From an uncultured Planctomycetota bacterium (lineage in GTDB: Bacteria; Planctomycetota; Planctomycetia; Isosphaerales; Isosphaeraceae): a stretch of 64,000 bases of DNA. The stretch lies in the NCBI GenBank assembly GCA_963737655.1, contig CAVTTN010000002.1, positions 3,680,001 through 3,744,000 of the forward strand. The letters run 5' to 3'. The notes beneath the pieces were generated by a model that saw only the letters and a program-made list of their open reading frames with translations, did no database searches and had not been told where the DNA came from. This document shows positions 19,985 to 34,728 of this stretch, in pieces. The stretch's first letter is position 1, and every line of letters starts with the position of its first letter. A program made the position numbers and the translations under genes.

Positions 19985-22205
19985 ATGGACCTCTTCGCTG
20001 ACCTCACGCCCGCCCAGCGCGAGGCGGTCTGCCACGTCGATGGCCCGATGCTCGTCCTGGCCGCCGCCGGGTCGGGCAAGACCCGGGTGATCACCCGGAG
20101 GGTCGCCCACCTCCTGAGCCGGGGGATCGCCGGCTCGAACATCCTGGCGCTGACCTTCACCAACAAGGCGGCCGGCGAGATGAGGGAGCGCGTCGCGGCG
20201 CTCGTGCCGGATTCCGGCGTCTGGGTCGGCACGTTCCACGCCCTCTGCGCCCGATTGCTCCGGCAGTACGCCCCCCTCGTCGGCCTCGATCGCGGCTTCT
20301 CGATCTACGACCAGTCGGACCGCCTCAAGGCGGTCAAGCAGGCGATGGAGAGCCTCGACCTGGAGGGCGCGGGCGTCACCCCCGAACGGGTCGATTCGGC
20401 GATCAGCCGGGCCAAGAACGACCTGATCGGCCCCGAGGCGATGGCCCGTCGCGGCGACGGCGACCACGTCTCGGCCGTCGTGGCCCGCGTGTACAAGGTT
20501 TATCAGGAAAAACTGGCGAGGGCCTCGGCCGTCGATTTCGACGACCTGCTCGTCCACCTCGTCTCGATCCTCAAGGACAACCCCGAGGTCCGCCGGGACC
20601 TCGACGCCCGGTTCCGTTACGTCCTGGTGGACGAATATCAGGATACGAACCTGGCCCAGTACGCGATCGTCCGCGCCCTGTCGGTCGATCGCCCCAACCT
20701 GGCCGTGACCGGCGACCCCGACCAATCCATCTATGGATGGAGGGGCGCCAATCTGAACAATATCCTCGAATTCGAGCATGATTACCCCGGCTGCAAGGTC
20801 GTGAAGCTGGAGAGGAATTACCGCAGCACCAAGAACATCCTCCGGGTGGCTGACGGCCTGATCCGCCACAATCGCCGGAGGAAGCCCAAGGCCCTGACGA
20901 CCGAGAACCCGGATGGCCCTCCGGTCGAGCCTCACGGTGTATTCGACCGAGTCCGAGGAGGCGCAGGGCGTGGCGACGAGGATCGCGGGCCTCGTCCGCG
21001 ACGGGGAATTCGGCTTCCGAGACTGTGCAATCTTCTGCCGGGTCACCGCGCTGACGAGGACCATCGAGGCCTCGCTCCGGGCCGCGAAGGTGCCGTATCA
21101 GGTCGTCGGCGGGGTCTCGTTCTACGATCGCCAGGAAATCAAGGACGTTCTCTCGTATCTGAACCTGATGGCCAATCCGAGGAATGACGTGGCGTTCTCC
21201 CGGGTGGTGAACGTGCCGCCGAGGGGCCTGGGCAAGACGTCCCTGGAGAAGCTCTCGGCCCGGGCCGCCGAGCTCGACCTGCCTCTCCTGGCGATGGCCC
21301 GCCAGGCGGCTGTGGTGCCGGGCCTGAAGGACAAGGCGGCGCGGGGCCTCCGCGACTTCGCCATGCTCATGGATGAACTCGCGGCGATCCGCGACCATGC
21401 CGCCGAGGAGGTCATCCGCCGCCTCCTGTCGCTCTCGGGCTATCACAAGCACCTGGAGGACGAGGCGAAGGCCGGGGGGGATGATCGATTGGCGAACGTC
21501 GATGAACTGGTCTCGGCGGCCCGCCAGTTCGACCGCGAGAACCCCGGCGCCTCGATCCTCGAATTCCTCGAGGACATCAGCCTCGCGTCGGCCGTCGATC
21601 GCTGGAACGACGACGCCGGGGCCGTCACCCTGATGACGCTCCACGCCGCCAAGGGGCTGGAATTCCCGGCCGTGTTCATCGTCGGCCTGGAGCAGGGATT
21701 GCTCCCCCACTCGCGATCGAACGAGGACGACGGGGAGCTCGAAGAGGAGCGCCGACTCCTGTTCGTCGGGATCACCCGGGCCCGCCGGGAGCTCTACCTG
21801 AGCCATTGCAAGGTCCGCGAGTTCCGGGGCCAGAGGACGGTGACGATCCCGTCATGCTTCCTCTCCGAACTCCCCGAGGACTCGATCACCTGTCGAGACC
21901 TGACCGAGACGGCGGCTTGGACCCCCTCGCCCCGACGCCCTCCGCCGTCGCAACCCCCGACGGGCTTCCGCCTGACCACGGCGGCGGAGCTCGCCAACCT
22001 CGCCCCCAGGCCCGCCTCGGCGTCCGCCGACGACCTCGCCGCGTTCCAGCCCGGGGTGACCGTCCGCCACCCCGAGTACGGCCTCGGGAGGATCGTCGCC
22101 ATCGACGGAGCCGGCCCAAACCGCAAGGGCCGGGTCGCCTTCGCCGTCGGAGGGGAACGAACATTCGTCCTGGCGCGGTCACCTCTCCGAAAAGTCGGGT
22201 CCTGA
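19985..22205 (+). CDS. pcrA: ATP-dependent DNA helicase PcrA/UvrD; split by a +1 indel near 20930
   Basis: AAAGSGKTRV, TFTNKAA, VDEYQDTN, GDPDQSIYGWRGA and NYRST lie in the first ORF. VVNVPPRGLG, TLHAAKGLEF, EEERRLLFVGITRA and a Tudor-like VRHPEYG lie in the second ORF. Confidence 0.93.
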
Positions 22206-22249
22206 GGGTCCCGCCGACTTATGACAAAGGATTTTATGACGACATGAAA

Positions 22250-22279
22250 TTGACGGAGCGGGTGAAGATAGGCTAGAAT
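22250..22279 (+). promoter_or_regulatory. Putative sigma70 promoter of dapA
   Basis: TTGACG-N18-TAGAAT in an AT-richer intergenic stretch; TTATGAC direct repeat at 22219 and 22234 just upstream. Confidence 0.6.
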
Positions 22280-22418
22280 TCGGACGACTTCAGACCCTCT
22301 TCAGGCGATTTCGGTTCGATCCCTCTTTCTCGACGACTTCCTCACCCCGTACACTGATTCCGCCTCCGAGGGAGGCTTTGTTCCGGGTCCCGGTCCCGTC
22401 CGTGAGTGGGAGAAGTCG

Positions 22419-23321
22419 ATGTCGTCGTCTCGAGGCGGTATGTTCGCGGGCCTGACCGTGGCCCTGGTCACCCCGTTCCGCGACGGGGCCGTCGATTTCG
22501 AGGCCCTGGGACGTCAGGTCGATTGGCAGATCGGGCAGGGCACGCCGACGATCAGCCCGGTCGGGACCACGGGCGAGAGCCCGACGCTCTCTCACGAGGA
22601 ACACGAGAAGGTCATCGCCTTCGTCGTCGAACGGTCGGCCGGACGCGCCCGGGTCCTCGCCGGGACCGGCTCGAACGCCACGAGCGAGGCCGTCCGCCTG
22701 ACGAAGTTCGCCGCCCGAGCCGGCGCCGACGGCGCCCTCCTGGTCTCTCCCTACTACAACCGGCCGAGCCAGGAAGGGCTGTACGCCCATTATGCCCGGG
22801 TCGCGGAGAGCGTGGATCTCCCCCAGGTCCTCTACAACGTCCCCGGCCGGACCGGCCGGAACCTCGAGCCGGAGACCGTCGAGCGGTTGGCGAAGTTCCC
22901 GGCGATCGTGGCCGTGAAGGAGGCCGCCGGCTCCCTGGATCAGGTCAGCGACATCCTCAACCGGTGTGACCTGACCGTCCTCTCCGGGGACGATAGCCTG
23001 ACCCTGCCGATGATGGCCGTGGGGGCCTCGGGCGTGGTGTCGGTGGTCGGGAACCTGGTGCCGGGCGACGTCCTGGCGATGATCTCCGCGGTCCAGGCCG
23101 ACGACTGGGCGGGGGCGCGTCGGCTCCACGCGAAGCTGTTTCCGCTCTGTCGCGACCTGCTCTCGATCGCGGCGAATCCGATCCCGGTGAAGCTCGCGAT
23201 GAAGCTCCTGGGCCGGGGCAACGGCGAGCTTCGCCTGCCCCTGTGCGCTCCGGACGACGCCGGCCTGGGCCGGCTGCGCGCGACCCTCGCGGCCTACGGC
23301 CTCACTCCCCAGGATTCCTGA
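22419..23321 (+). CDS. dapA: 4-hydroxy-tetrahydrodipicolinate synthase
   Basis: [50 protein letters not shown]. Confidence 0.97.
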   Translation: MSSSRGGMFAGLTVALVTPFRDGAVDFEALGRQVDWQIGQGTPTISPVGTTGESPTLSHEEHEKVIAFVVERSAGRARVLAGTGSNATSEAVRLTKFAARAGADGALLVSPYYNRPSQEGLYAHYARVAESVDLPQVLYNVPGRTGRNLEPETVERLAKFPAIVAVKEAAGSLDQVSDILNRCDLTVLSGDDSLTLPMMAVGASGVVSVVGNLVPGDVLAMISAVQADDWAGARRLHAKLFPLCRDLLSIAANPIPVKLAMKLLGRGNGELRLPLCAPDDAGLGRLRATLAAYGLTPQDS

Positions 23322-23694
23322 TCCGGCACGATCGATCGAGATCCTCCTGCCGACTCGTGATTCTGCGATTGATCCCTTCTCGGCATGTCAAGTGCAACAG
23401 TTCCAGCGCAAGGACTTTGCCGAGATCCTGGCCCGAATCGGGGCCTGGCGTTTGACTTTCCCACCTCGGCCGGGTGCCGGGGTCCGGGGTTGCTCGTCCC
23501 CGCGATCCCGCCGAGCTTTGATCCTGACGGCCGAGCACCTGCGACCGTCCCGCCCGGGAGGTTTCGACCCGACTCGCGGTCGGGCCTCCCTTGGAATATG
23601 GGTCTCCGACCTGCGCCCAGCCGGAGTTCACGACCATGGCCAAGAAGGCGCCGAGCGCGCATCCGGGAGCAGCAACGGGACGACTCTGACCGTG

Positions 23695-24039
23695 ATGCCT
23701 CCCATCAGCGAACAATCGGTGCGTGACCTCGCCCAGGTGTTCAAGCTCCTGAGCGATGAGACGCGTCTGCGAATCCTCCTGTACCTCGCCCAGAGCGGCG
23801 AGCTCCACGTCACGGACCTCTGCAACCGGCTGGGCCAGAGTCAGCCGGCCGTGAGCCACCACCTGGCCCTCCTGCGGGTCTCGGGGTTGATCGAGTCCCG
23901 TCGCGAGGGGAAGCACAACTTCTACAGCGTCCGGGGCGAGTATTTCGGCGAGCTCCTGCAGGACCTGCTCTCGGCCGCCGGAGACATGCCCAAGAAGGTC
24001 CGGTTCCACCAGTTCCTCCTCAGCCACGAGGCGGATTGA
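23695..24039 (+). CDS. ArsR/SmtB family transcriptional regulator (true start may be ATG 23636 with an indel)
   Basis: FKLLSDETRLRILL, VTDLC, SQPAVSHHLALLR, RREGKHNFY. Confidence 0.9.
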   Translation: MPPISEQSVRDLAQVFKLLSDETRLRILLYLAQSGELHVTDLCNRLGQSQPAVSHHLALLRVSGLIESRREGKHNFYSVRGEYFGELLQDLLSAAGDMPKKVRFHQFLLSHEAD

Positions 24040-24153
24040 GGATCGGGCCGCTCGCAGTTCCTCGCCCTCTTGCGGTTCTTCGGCCCCCCGTCGCGACCTC
24101 GCGATCGGGGGGCCGCTCTACTGCTACTGCCCCGGGGATCGGTGGCTTCGCCC

Positions 24154-25770
<1,617 letters not shown>

Positions 25771-25873
25771 CCTCGACCATCGCCGGTTCGGCGTGAAGGG
25801 CTCTTGTCAAGGCGTCGTCATTGTCCCCCAAGAAGCCCGAGGATACCAGACCGTTTCGGCGATCCGCCGGCCT

Positions 25874-27517
25874 TCACGACGACCCGCCCGGCTCCCCGGC
25901 CTGGGTCATCGTCCGGGCCCGTTTCACCAGGGTCTTGATCACCGCGCCGAGCACGCACAGGGTCACCATGCTCATGAAGTGATGGGCCGGCTTCTCCAGG
26001 AAGCCTTGCCGGAGCAGCGCCTCCAATACGAGCACGCCATAGGCCGCCACCGCCATCGCGGTCGTGGCCCAGACCAGGGGGACGCGGAACCACAAGCCGG
26101 ACGCCGCCACGAGGAGCGCGTATCCGTTGATCAGCGGGCTGATCATCGCGTCATCGACGATCAGGAGGATCGTCAACAGGGCCAGATCGGTCCCGGCCCA
26201 GGCCAGGCGGGCGGCGTCGGGCCGCTTCCCCATGCGGAGGACGGCTCGGAAGAGCCAGGCCGAGGCCCCCCAGAGCAGCAGGATGCCCATGACCTTGGCA
26301 TGGAGCACGGCCGTCCGGGGCCTCATGATCCGGTAATTCGCCTCGGCGACGATCAGGCAGAGCCCGATCCCCCCGATCCGAGACGCCACCGCCGGCTCGC
26401 GACGGGCCCAGCGACGGATTCGGAGCAACAGGCCGCGACGACGGATCTCGACCTCGTCCCCCCTCGCGAATTTCTCCAGGTCGTCGGCCAAATCCTCGGC
26501 CGTCTTGTAGCGGTCGGCGGGGGCTTTCTCCAGGCATTTCAGGCAGATGAATTCCAGGCTCGACGGCACGTCGGATCGCAGCTCCCGCAGGGGGGTCGGC
26601 TCCCTCTGGAGCACTTGCATCAACGTGTCCATCGGGTTCGGGTCGCAGAACGGCGGCCGGCCCGTGAGGAGCTCGTAAAGGATCGCGCCGAGGCTGTAGA
26701 TGTCGCCCGCCGGACCGACTCTCGACGGGTTCCCGCCGGCCTGTTCCGGGCTCATGTAGCTGGGCGTCCCCAGGATCGTCCCGGAGCACGTCCCCTGCCC
26801 TCCGCCTTCCTCGATCAGCTTGACGAGGCCGAAGTCCGTGACCAGGGGGCGGCCGTTGGCGTCGATCAGGATATTGGAGGGCTTCAAATCGCGATGGATG
26901 ATCCCCTTGGAATGGAGGCGGCCGACGGCCCGGGCCACCGTCGCCATCAGGACCGCCGCCGAGGTCGGGTCCATCTTCTGCTTGTGGAGCTTCTCGGCGA
27001 GGCTGGGCCCGTCCACGAACTCCATCGCGAAGTAGTGCTGGCCGTGGATCTGGCCCACGTCGTGGATCGCCACCACGTGGGGATCGTGAAGACGGGCCGC
27101 CGCCCTCGCCTCGGCGTAGAACCGCTCGACCTGCTCGGGGCCCGCCAGGTGGCTGCCCAGGATCATCTTGACCGCCACCGTGCGATCCAGGCCCTTCTGA
27201 CGAGCCTTGTACACCACCCCCATCCCCCCCCGGCCGATCTCCCCCAGCAGCTCGTACCGGCCGAAATCCTTGCCGTTCCACGAGGAGAACGTCGGGCCGG
27301 ATGAGCCTTCAGACGACTCGTTGGGGGCGAGCGTCGCGGGCCAGTGGAGGGTCTCCGCGGAACCATCCGACGGGGCCGAACCGGGGTGCGTGGCCTGCGT
27401 CGGTCCATCGACGAGCGTACTCTGGTTGTCGAGATCGACCTCGGGCCGTCTCGGGGGGAGCGCGACGGTCGGCGGGATCGGGATCTTCTCGGTGATCTCG
27501 TTCGGATCGGTTGACAT
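25874..27517 (-). CDS. Hanks-type Ser/Thr protein kinase with C-terminal multi-TM domain (paralogue)
   Basis: Start at MSTDPNE; same kinase motifs (HRDLKPSN, DFGL, GTPSYMSPEQ); TM tail homologous to the neighbour. Confidence 0.93.
   Translation of the reverse strand: MSTDPNEITEKIPIPPTVALPPRRPEVDLDNQSTLVDGPTQATHPGSAPSDGSAETLHWPATLAPNESSEGSSGPTFSSWNGKDFGRYELLGEIGRGGMGVVYKARQKGLDRTVAVKMILGSHLAGPEQVERFYAEARAAARLHDPHVVAIHDVGQIHGQHYFAMEFVDGPSLAEKLHKQKMDPTSAAVLMATVARAVGRLHSKGIIHRDLKPSNILIDANGRPLVTDFGLVKLIEEGGGQGTCSGTILGTPSYMSPEQAGGNPSRVGPAGDIYSLGAILYELLTGRPPFCDPNPMDTLMQVLQREPTPLRELRSDVPSSLEFICLKCLEKAPADRYKTAEDLADDLEKFARGDEVEIRRRGLLLRIRRWARREPAVASRIGGIGLCLIVAEANYRIMRPRTAVLHAKVMGILLLWGASAWLFRAVLRMGKRPDAARLAWAGTDLALLTILLIVDDAMISPLINGYALLVAASGLWFRVPLVWATTAMAVAAYGVLVLEALLRQGFLEKPAHHFMSMVTLCVLGAVIKTLVKRARTMTQAGEPGGSS
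26988..27269. repeat. 282-bp near-identical repeat, copy 2 (kinase N-lobe)
   Basis: Matches 25268-25549 at an offset of 1720 bp. Confidence 0.9.
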
Positions 27518-27594
27518 CGCGGGCCCCGATCGCTCGGCCGAGGAGGGGGAAATCGTGGGATCATCTTCGCGGATCGAAACGAAGAGAACCAGGG

Positions 27595-30520
<2,926 letters not shown>

Positions 30521-30596
30521 CGTTCGATCCGGTCGGGGTGAGAGGAATGCGAATCCCGAGAGAATGGGCGAAGTTTAGCCCATCGGGGGCCGGGCT

Positions 30597-31007
30597 TCAA
30601 CCGTCGAGGAGCCAGGGGATTTCCTCGAACGACTCGGGATCGAGCCGCCAGGCCCGAATCTCGGGTTCCTCGCCGAGCAAGGAGACGATGATCCGGGGGA
30701 CCTCGCCGTAATAGTTCGTGGCCAGGTCCGTCCGGCTGGGGGTCGCGGCCCACCTCGGGTGGGAATGGTAGATCGCCACGATCTCATCCCCCCGTTCCCT
30801 CATGGAGACCACGGCGCGGATGACCTCCTGAGGGTCCGCCTCGTACCGGGTCTCGCTGGCCAGGGAGTTGGTCAGGGGATGGAAGGTGGCCGCCCGCCGC
30901 CCTCGCCCCCCGAGGAGCCCGCAGCACTCCCGGGGGGCTTCCCGCCGGCAGTGGGCGACCATCGCGTCGCGGAGGTCTCCGGGGATCGCCAGGGGGTCGC
31001 CGGTCAT
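30597..31007 (-). CDS. JAB/MPN+ (M67) metallopeptidase, Mec-like
   Basis: PRECCGLL and YHSHP-x4-PSRTD JAMM motif; ATGA-coupled to cysK. Confidence 0.9.
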   Translation of the reverse strand: MTGDPLAIPGDLRDAMVAHCRREAPRECCGLLGGRGRRAATFHPLTNSLASETRYEADPQEVIRAVVSMRERGDEIVAIYHSHPRWAATPSRTDLATNYYGEVPRIIVSLLGEEPEIRAWRLDPESFEEIPWLLDG

Positions 31008-31969
31008 TCGGGGAACAGGGGCGTCGAGAGGTAACGCTCGCCCAGGTCGGGGAGGATCACCACGACCATCTTCCCGGCGTTCTCGGGCCTCTTCGCGACC
31101 TGGAGGGCCGCCGTGGCCGCCGCCCCGCAGGAGATCCCGCAGAGCATGCCCTCTTCCTTGGCCAGTCGGCGGGTCGTCTCGAAGGCGTCCTCGTCGCGGA
31201 CCTGGACGACCTCGTCGATCACCTCGACGTTCAGGTTATCGGGGATGAAGCCCGCGCCGATCCCCTGGATCTTGTGGGGCCCGGGCTTGTTCGGCTCGCC
31301 GCTCCGTCTCTGGGTGATGACCGGGGAGTTCACCGGCTCCACGGCGATGACCTTCAGGCCCGGCTTGCGTTGCTTCAAGACCTCGCCGCAGCCGGTGATC
31401 GTCCCCCCGGTGCCCACGCCGGCCACGAGGATGTCGATCCGGCCGTCGGTGTCTCGCCAGATCTCCTCGGCGGTGGTCTTGCGGTGGATCTCGGGGTTCG
31501 CCGGGTTCTTGAACTGCTGGGGCATGAAGGCGTTGGGCGTGTTCTTGACGATCTCCTCGGCGCGGCGGACGGCCCCGGGCATCCCCTCTCCGGCCGGGGT
31601 CAGCACGATCTCGGCGCCGAACGCCTTGAGGAGCCGCCTTCGCTCCAGGCTCATGCTCTCGGGCATGGTGACCATCAGCTTGTAGCCCCGGGCGGCGCAG
31701 GTGAAGGCCAGGGCGATCCCGGTATTGCCGCTGGTGGGCTCGACGATCACCGTCTCGGGGCCGATCTTGCCGTCTCGCTCGGCGGCGTCGATCATGGCCA
31801 CGCCGATGCGGTCCTTCACCGACCACAGGGGGTTGAAGTTCTCCAGCTTCGCCACGACCTCGGCCACGCACCCGGCCGAGACCCGCCGGAGTCGGATCAA
31901 GGGCGTGTTGCCGATGGTCTGGGTGATGTCGTCGTAGATCCGGCCCCGGGTCCTCTCGGCGATGGCCAT
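31004..31969 (-). CDS. cysK: Cysteine synthase A
   Basis: IGNTPL, SVKDRIG (PLP lysine), [39 protein letters not shown]. Confidence 0.96.
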   Translation of the reverse strand: MAIAERTRGRIYDDITQTIGNTPLIRLRRVSAGCVAEVVAKLENFNPLWSVKDRIGVAMIDAAERDGKIGPETVIVEPTSGNTGIALAFTCAARGYKLMVTMPESMSLERRRLLKAFGAEIVLTPAGEGMPGAVRRAEEIVKNTPNAFMPQQFKNPANPEIHRKTTAEEIWRDTDGRIDILVAGVGTGGTITGCGEVLKQRKPGLKVIAVEPVNSPVITQRRSGEPNKPGPHKIQGIGAGFIPDNLNVEVIDEVVQVRDEDAFETTRRLAKEEGMLCGISCGAAATAALQVAKRPENAGKMVVVILPDLGERYLSTPLFPE

Positions 31970-32094
31970 GCCCTGGTTCTCCTGGCTGACGAAATGGGAC
32001 CGCCGGCCGTCCTCCGGGGAGGATCGGCCGGCTCTCTCTCCTGGATCGGGACGTCCACCCGATTTCTTCGGCACGACCGCCATCTTCGCTGGAA

Positions 32095-32475
32095 TCAATA
32101 CCCGGGTCGATAGACCCGCCTGGGCACCACCACGGTCGGCACCACCGGCGAATAGAACGTCGGGATGGGCGACGAGGGGAGCGTGGCGTAGGTCGTCGTG
32201 GTGTAGATCGCCCGCGTCGGGACCCGGGAGACCACGCCGACCGGCATCGGCGCCACATAGGCCGTGTGGACGACCGAGGGGGCCACGAACGCCGTGGGCA
32301 CCACCGTCGCCGGGCTCACGTAAGACGTCGGCGGAGCATACACGGTCTCCACCGGGCCGGTCACATAGGCCGGGCCGGTCACCACCACCCGCTTCCCGCC
32401 GGCCTGGGCCGAGGAGGCGAGCGTCAGGACGACGGGGACCGCCGCAAGCACGAAGAGGCGATGGACGCGAGTCAT
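32095..32475 (-). CDS. Small secreted low-complexity V/P/T/Y-rich protein
   Basis: Signal-peptide-like N-terminus ending AQA; repetitive TVYAPP/YVSP/YVAP segments. Confidence 0.65.
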   Translation of the reverse strand: MTRVHRLFVLAAVPVVLTLASSAQAGGKRVVVTGPAYVTGPVETVYAPPTSYVSPATVVPTAFVAPSVVHTAYVAPMPVGVVSRVPTRAIYTTTTYATLPSSPIPTFYSPVVPTVVVPRRVYRPGY

Positions 32476-32761
32476 CGAGGGAGTCCTCCGAAAGCCGAAG
32501 GGCGGAGGCCGGGGCCTCCGTCGCTCGTGGGATCATTCTCCACTAACACACCGAACAAGGTCAAGATTGCCCCGGCGGCACGGTCGCGACCCGGCCCCAA
32601 GGCCGGGAGGGACCGAGGGTCTCGGCCAGCAAATCGCGTACGAAAGGGCCGGCAGAGTCGTCCCGGTCCGGCGAACTTGAGGCCAATTGCCCGGATTTCG
32701 GCGGTTTCGCTCGATTCTAGAACCTGAATGGGTGGCTCGCAACCGAACGATCACGCGCCGA

Positions 32762-32791
32762 TTGCCGCTCGGGTCGGGATATTCGTACAAT
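32762..32791 (+). promoter_or_regulatory. Putative sigma70 promoter of chdC
   Basis: TTGCCG-N18-TACAAT about 42 nt upstream of ATG. Confidence 0.4.
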
Positions 32792-32833
32792 GCCGATCGC
32801 ACCATCGGCCGAGCGCGACCCCGGAGCGAGACG

Positions 32834-33715
32834 ATGTCCTCAGGCCCCGAGACCCCGACCCGCGACCCGTCCCACGGACACCGCCCCGGCCCGTCGAGCG
32901 ACGTCCCCGCCTCGCTGAACCCGGAGACCGGCTGGCACGTCCTCCACCTGTTCTACAAGATCGACCGGAACATCCTGAAATCGCTGAGCGAGGCCGAGCG
33001 GACCCGAGGCCGAGAGGCGATCGCCCGCGCCCTCGACCCGTCGTCCCCGAGCTCGCCCGACCAGATCCAGGCGTTCGGGATGGTCGGCCACAAGGCGGAT
33101 TTCGGCGCGATGCTCGCCGGATCGGACCTGCGGAAGATCCACGACGTCCAGACGGCCATCCAGGCCTCGGAGATCGGCCCGGCGCTCGTGCCGACGTACT
33201 CGTTCACCTCGATCACCGAGGTCTCCGAGTACGTCCCGGATGCGGAAGCCTACGGCAAGATCCTCCGGGACCGCGAGGGCGTCGATCCCGAGACGCCGAT
33301 CTACAAGACGAAGCTTGAACAGTATGCCAAACGGCTCGAACCGATGAACCGCCAGAGGCTCTACCCCGAATTCCCCGCCTGGCCGTGCGTCTGTTTCTAC
33401 CCCATGAGCAAGACCAGGACCGAGGGGCAGAACTGGTACCTCGAACCCTTCGATCGCCGATCCGAGATGATGGCCCAGCACGGCAAGAGCGGCATGAAGT
33501 TCGCGGGACGGGTCTCCCAGCTGATCACCGCGTCCACCGGCCTGGACGATTGGGAGTGGGGCGTCACGCTCTGGGCGAAGAACCCGGCCTATTTGAAGGA
33601 AATCGTCTACGCGATGCGGTTCGACGAAAGCTCGGCCCGGTATGCCCTGTTCGGCCCGTTCTACCCCGGGTTCATCCTGCCGGCCGACGAGCTCCTCCGA
33701 TCTCTCCGCGTCTGA
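32834..33715 (+). CDS. chdC: Coproheme decarboxylase / chlorite dismutase-family heme protein
   Basis: GWHVLHLFY, GHKADF, TEVSEY, CFYPMSK, NWY, HG, STGLDDWEWGVTL, MRFDE. Confidence 0.85.
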   Translation: MSSGPETPTRDPSHGHRPGPSSDVPASLNPETGWHVLHLFYKIDRNILKSLSEAERTRGREAIARALDPSSPSSPDQIQAFGMVGHKADFGAMLAGSDLRKIHDVQTAIQASEIGPALVPTYSFTSITEVSEYVPDAEAYGKILRDREGVDPETPIYKTKLEQYAKRLEPMNRQRLYPEFPAWPCVCFYPMSKTRTEGQNWYLEPFDRRSEMMAQHGKSGMKFAGRVSQLITASTGLDDWEWGVTLWAKNPAYLKEIVYAMRFDESSARYALFGPFYPGFILPADELLRSLRV

Positions 33716-33754
33716 CCCTTCGCCCAGGTTCCTTGATCCCCCGGAGGCGGCCCG

Positions 33755-34210
33755 ATGTGGACCTGCCCGAATTGCGAGGAAGCGCTCGACGACGAGTACG
33801 ACGTCTGCTGGGGCTGCGGGACGTCGGCCGACGGGACCGAGGACCCGATGTTCGAGACGGCCGACGAGGCCGAGGCGATCTATGACCAGGCCGAGGACTC
33901 CGAGTTCTCACCCGAGAAGGAGATCGAGGACGAGTTCGGCGAGCCTTTGCCCGATCTGGCCGAATGCTTCGTGGCCGAGAACGTGACCGAGGCCCGATTC
34001 GTCGCCGACCAGTTGCGGATGATCGGCATCCCGGCCGTCTCGGATCGCCACAGCCACGAACTCGGGTTCGGGATCGGGGCGATCCCGAACCTCTGGGGCT
34101 ATGGGCCCAAGGTCCGCGTCCGACCGGTCGACCTGTCCCGGGCGGCGACCTGGATCCACCAGTACCGGACGCGACGAGCGGAACGACGAAAGCGCGAAGA
34201 GGCCGAGTAG
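33755..34210 (+). CDS. Zn-ribbon plus DUF2007-like (putative signal transducing) protein
   Basis: MWTCPNC-x10-CWGCG, acidic linker, then EARFVADQLRMIGIPA...KVRVRPVDLSRA. Confidence 0.75.
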   Translation: MWTCPNCEEALDDEYDVCWGCGTSADGTEDPMFETADEAEAIYDQAEDSEFSPEKEIEDEFGEPLPDLAECFVAENVTEARFVADQLRMIGIPAVSDRHSHELGFGIGAIPNLWGYGPKVRVRPVDLSRAATWIHQYRTRRAERRKREEAE

Positions 34211-34252
34211 CCGGCCCTTTCCTCCCGACCGAACCCGACCGAGGACCAGACG

Positions 34253-34675
34253 ATGTGGACCTGTCCCAAATGCGGAGCGAAGGTGGACCCGTCCTTCGAG
34301 GTCTGCTGGCAATGCGGGACCTCCGCCGACGGGACCGAAGACCCGAGCTTCGTTTCGGCCGACCAGAGCGGGCCGATCGCCGACGAGTCGTCCGACCCGA
34401 TGGGCGGGGAGCTCCCGCCGGTCGAGGACGGCCCGGGAGGCGAGCTCGTGGCCTGCTACCAGGCGTTCAGCCTGATGGAGGCCCAGTTCCTCACCGACGA
34501 GCTCAAGGGCGAGGGGATCACGGCCGTCTGCGACGCCCAGGACATGCAGGACGCCATCGGCGGCTGGTCGGGCAACCCCCGGGTCTACTGCCACGAGTCC
34601 GACCTGCCCCGGGCCCGCGCGTTTCTCGAAGAATACGAGAAGAAGAAGGCCGGTCACAACCCGCTCGAATCATGA
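34253..34675 (+). CDS. Zn-ribbon plus DUF2007-like protein (paralogue)
   Basis: MWTCPKC-x10-CWQCGTSADGTEDP; EAQFLTDELKGEGITA...RVYCHESDLPRARAFL. Confidence 0.78.
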   Translation: MWTCPKCGAKVDPSFEVCWQCGTSADGTEDPSFVSADQSGPIADESSDPMGGELPPVEDGPGGELVACYQAFSLMEAQFLTDELKGEGITAVCDAQDMQDAIGGWSGNPRVYCHESDLPRARAFLEEYEKKKAGHNPLES

Positions 34676-34686
34676 TCGAATGCCGA

Positions 34687-34715
34687 TCCCCCGACGGGCC
34701 GGGCCCGCCGGGGGA
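34687..34715. terminator. Hairpin between convergent genes
   Basis: TCCCCCGACGGGCC / GGCCCGCCGGGGGA, 13 of 14 positions paired. Confidence 0.45.
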
Positions 34716-34728
34716 CGGTTCGGGTCGG

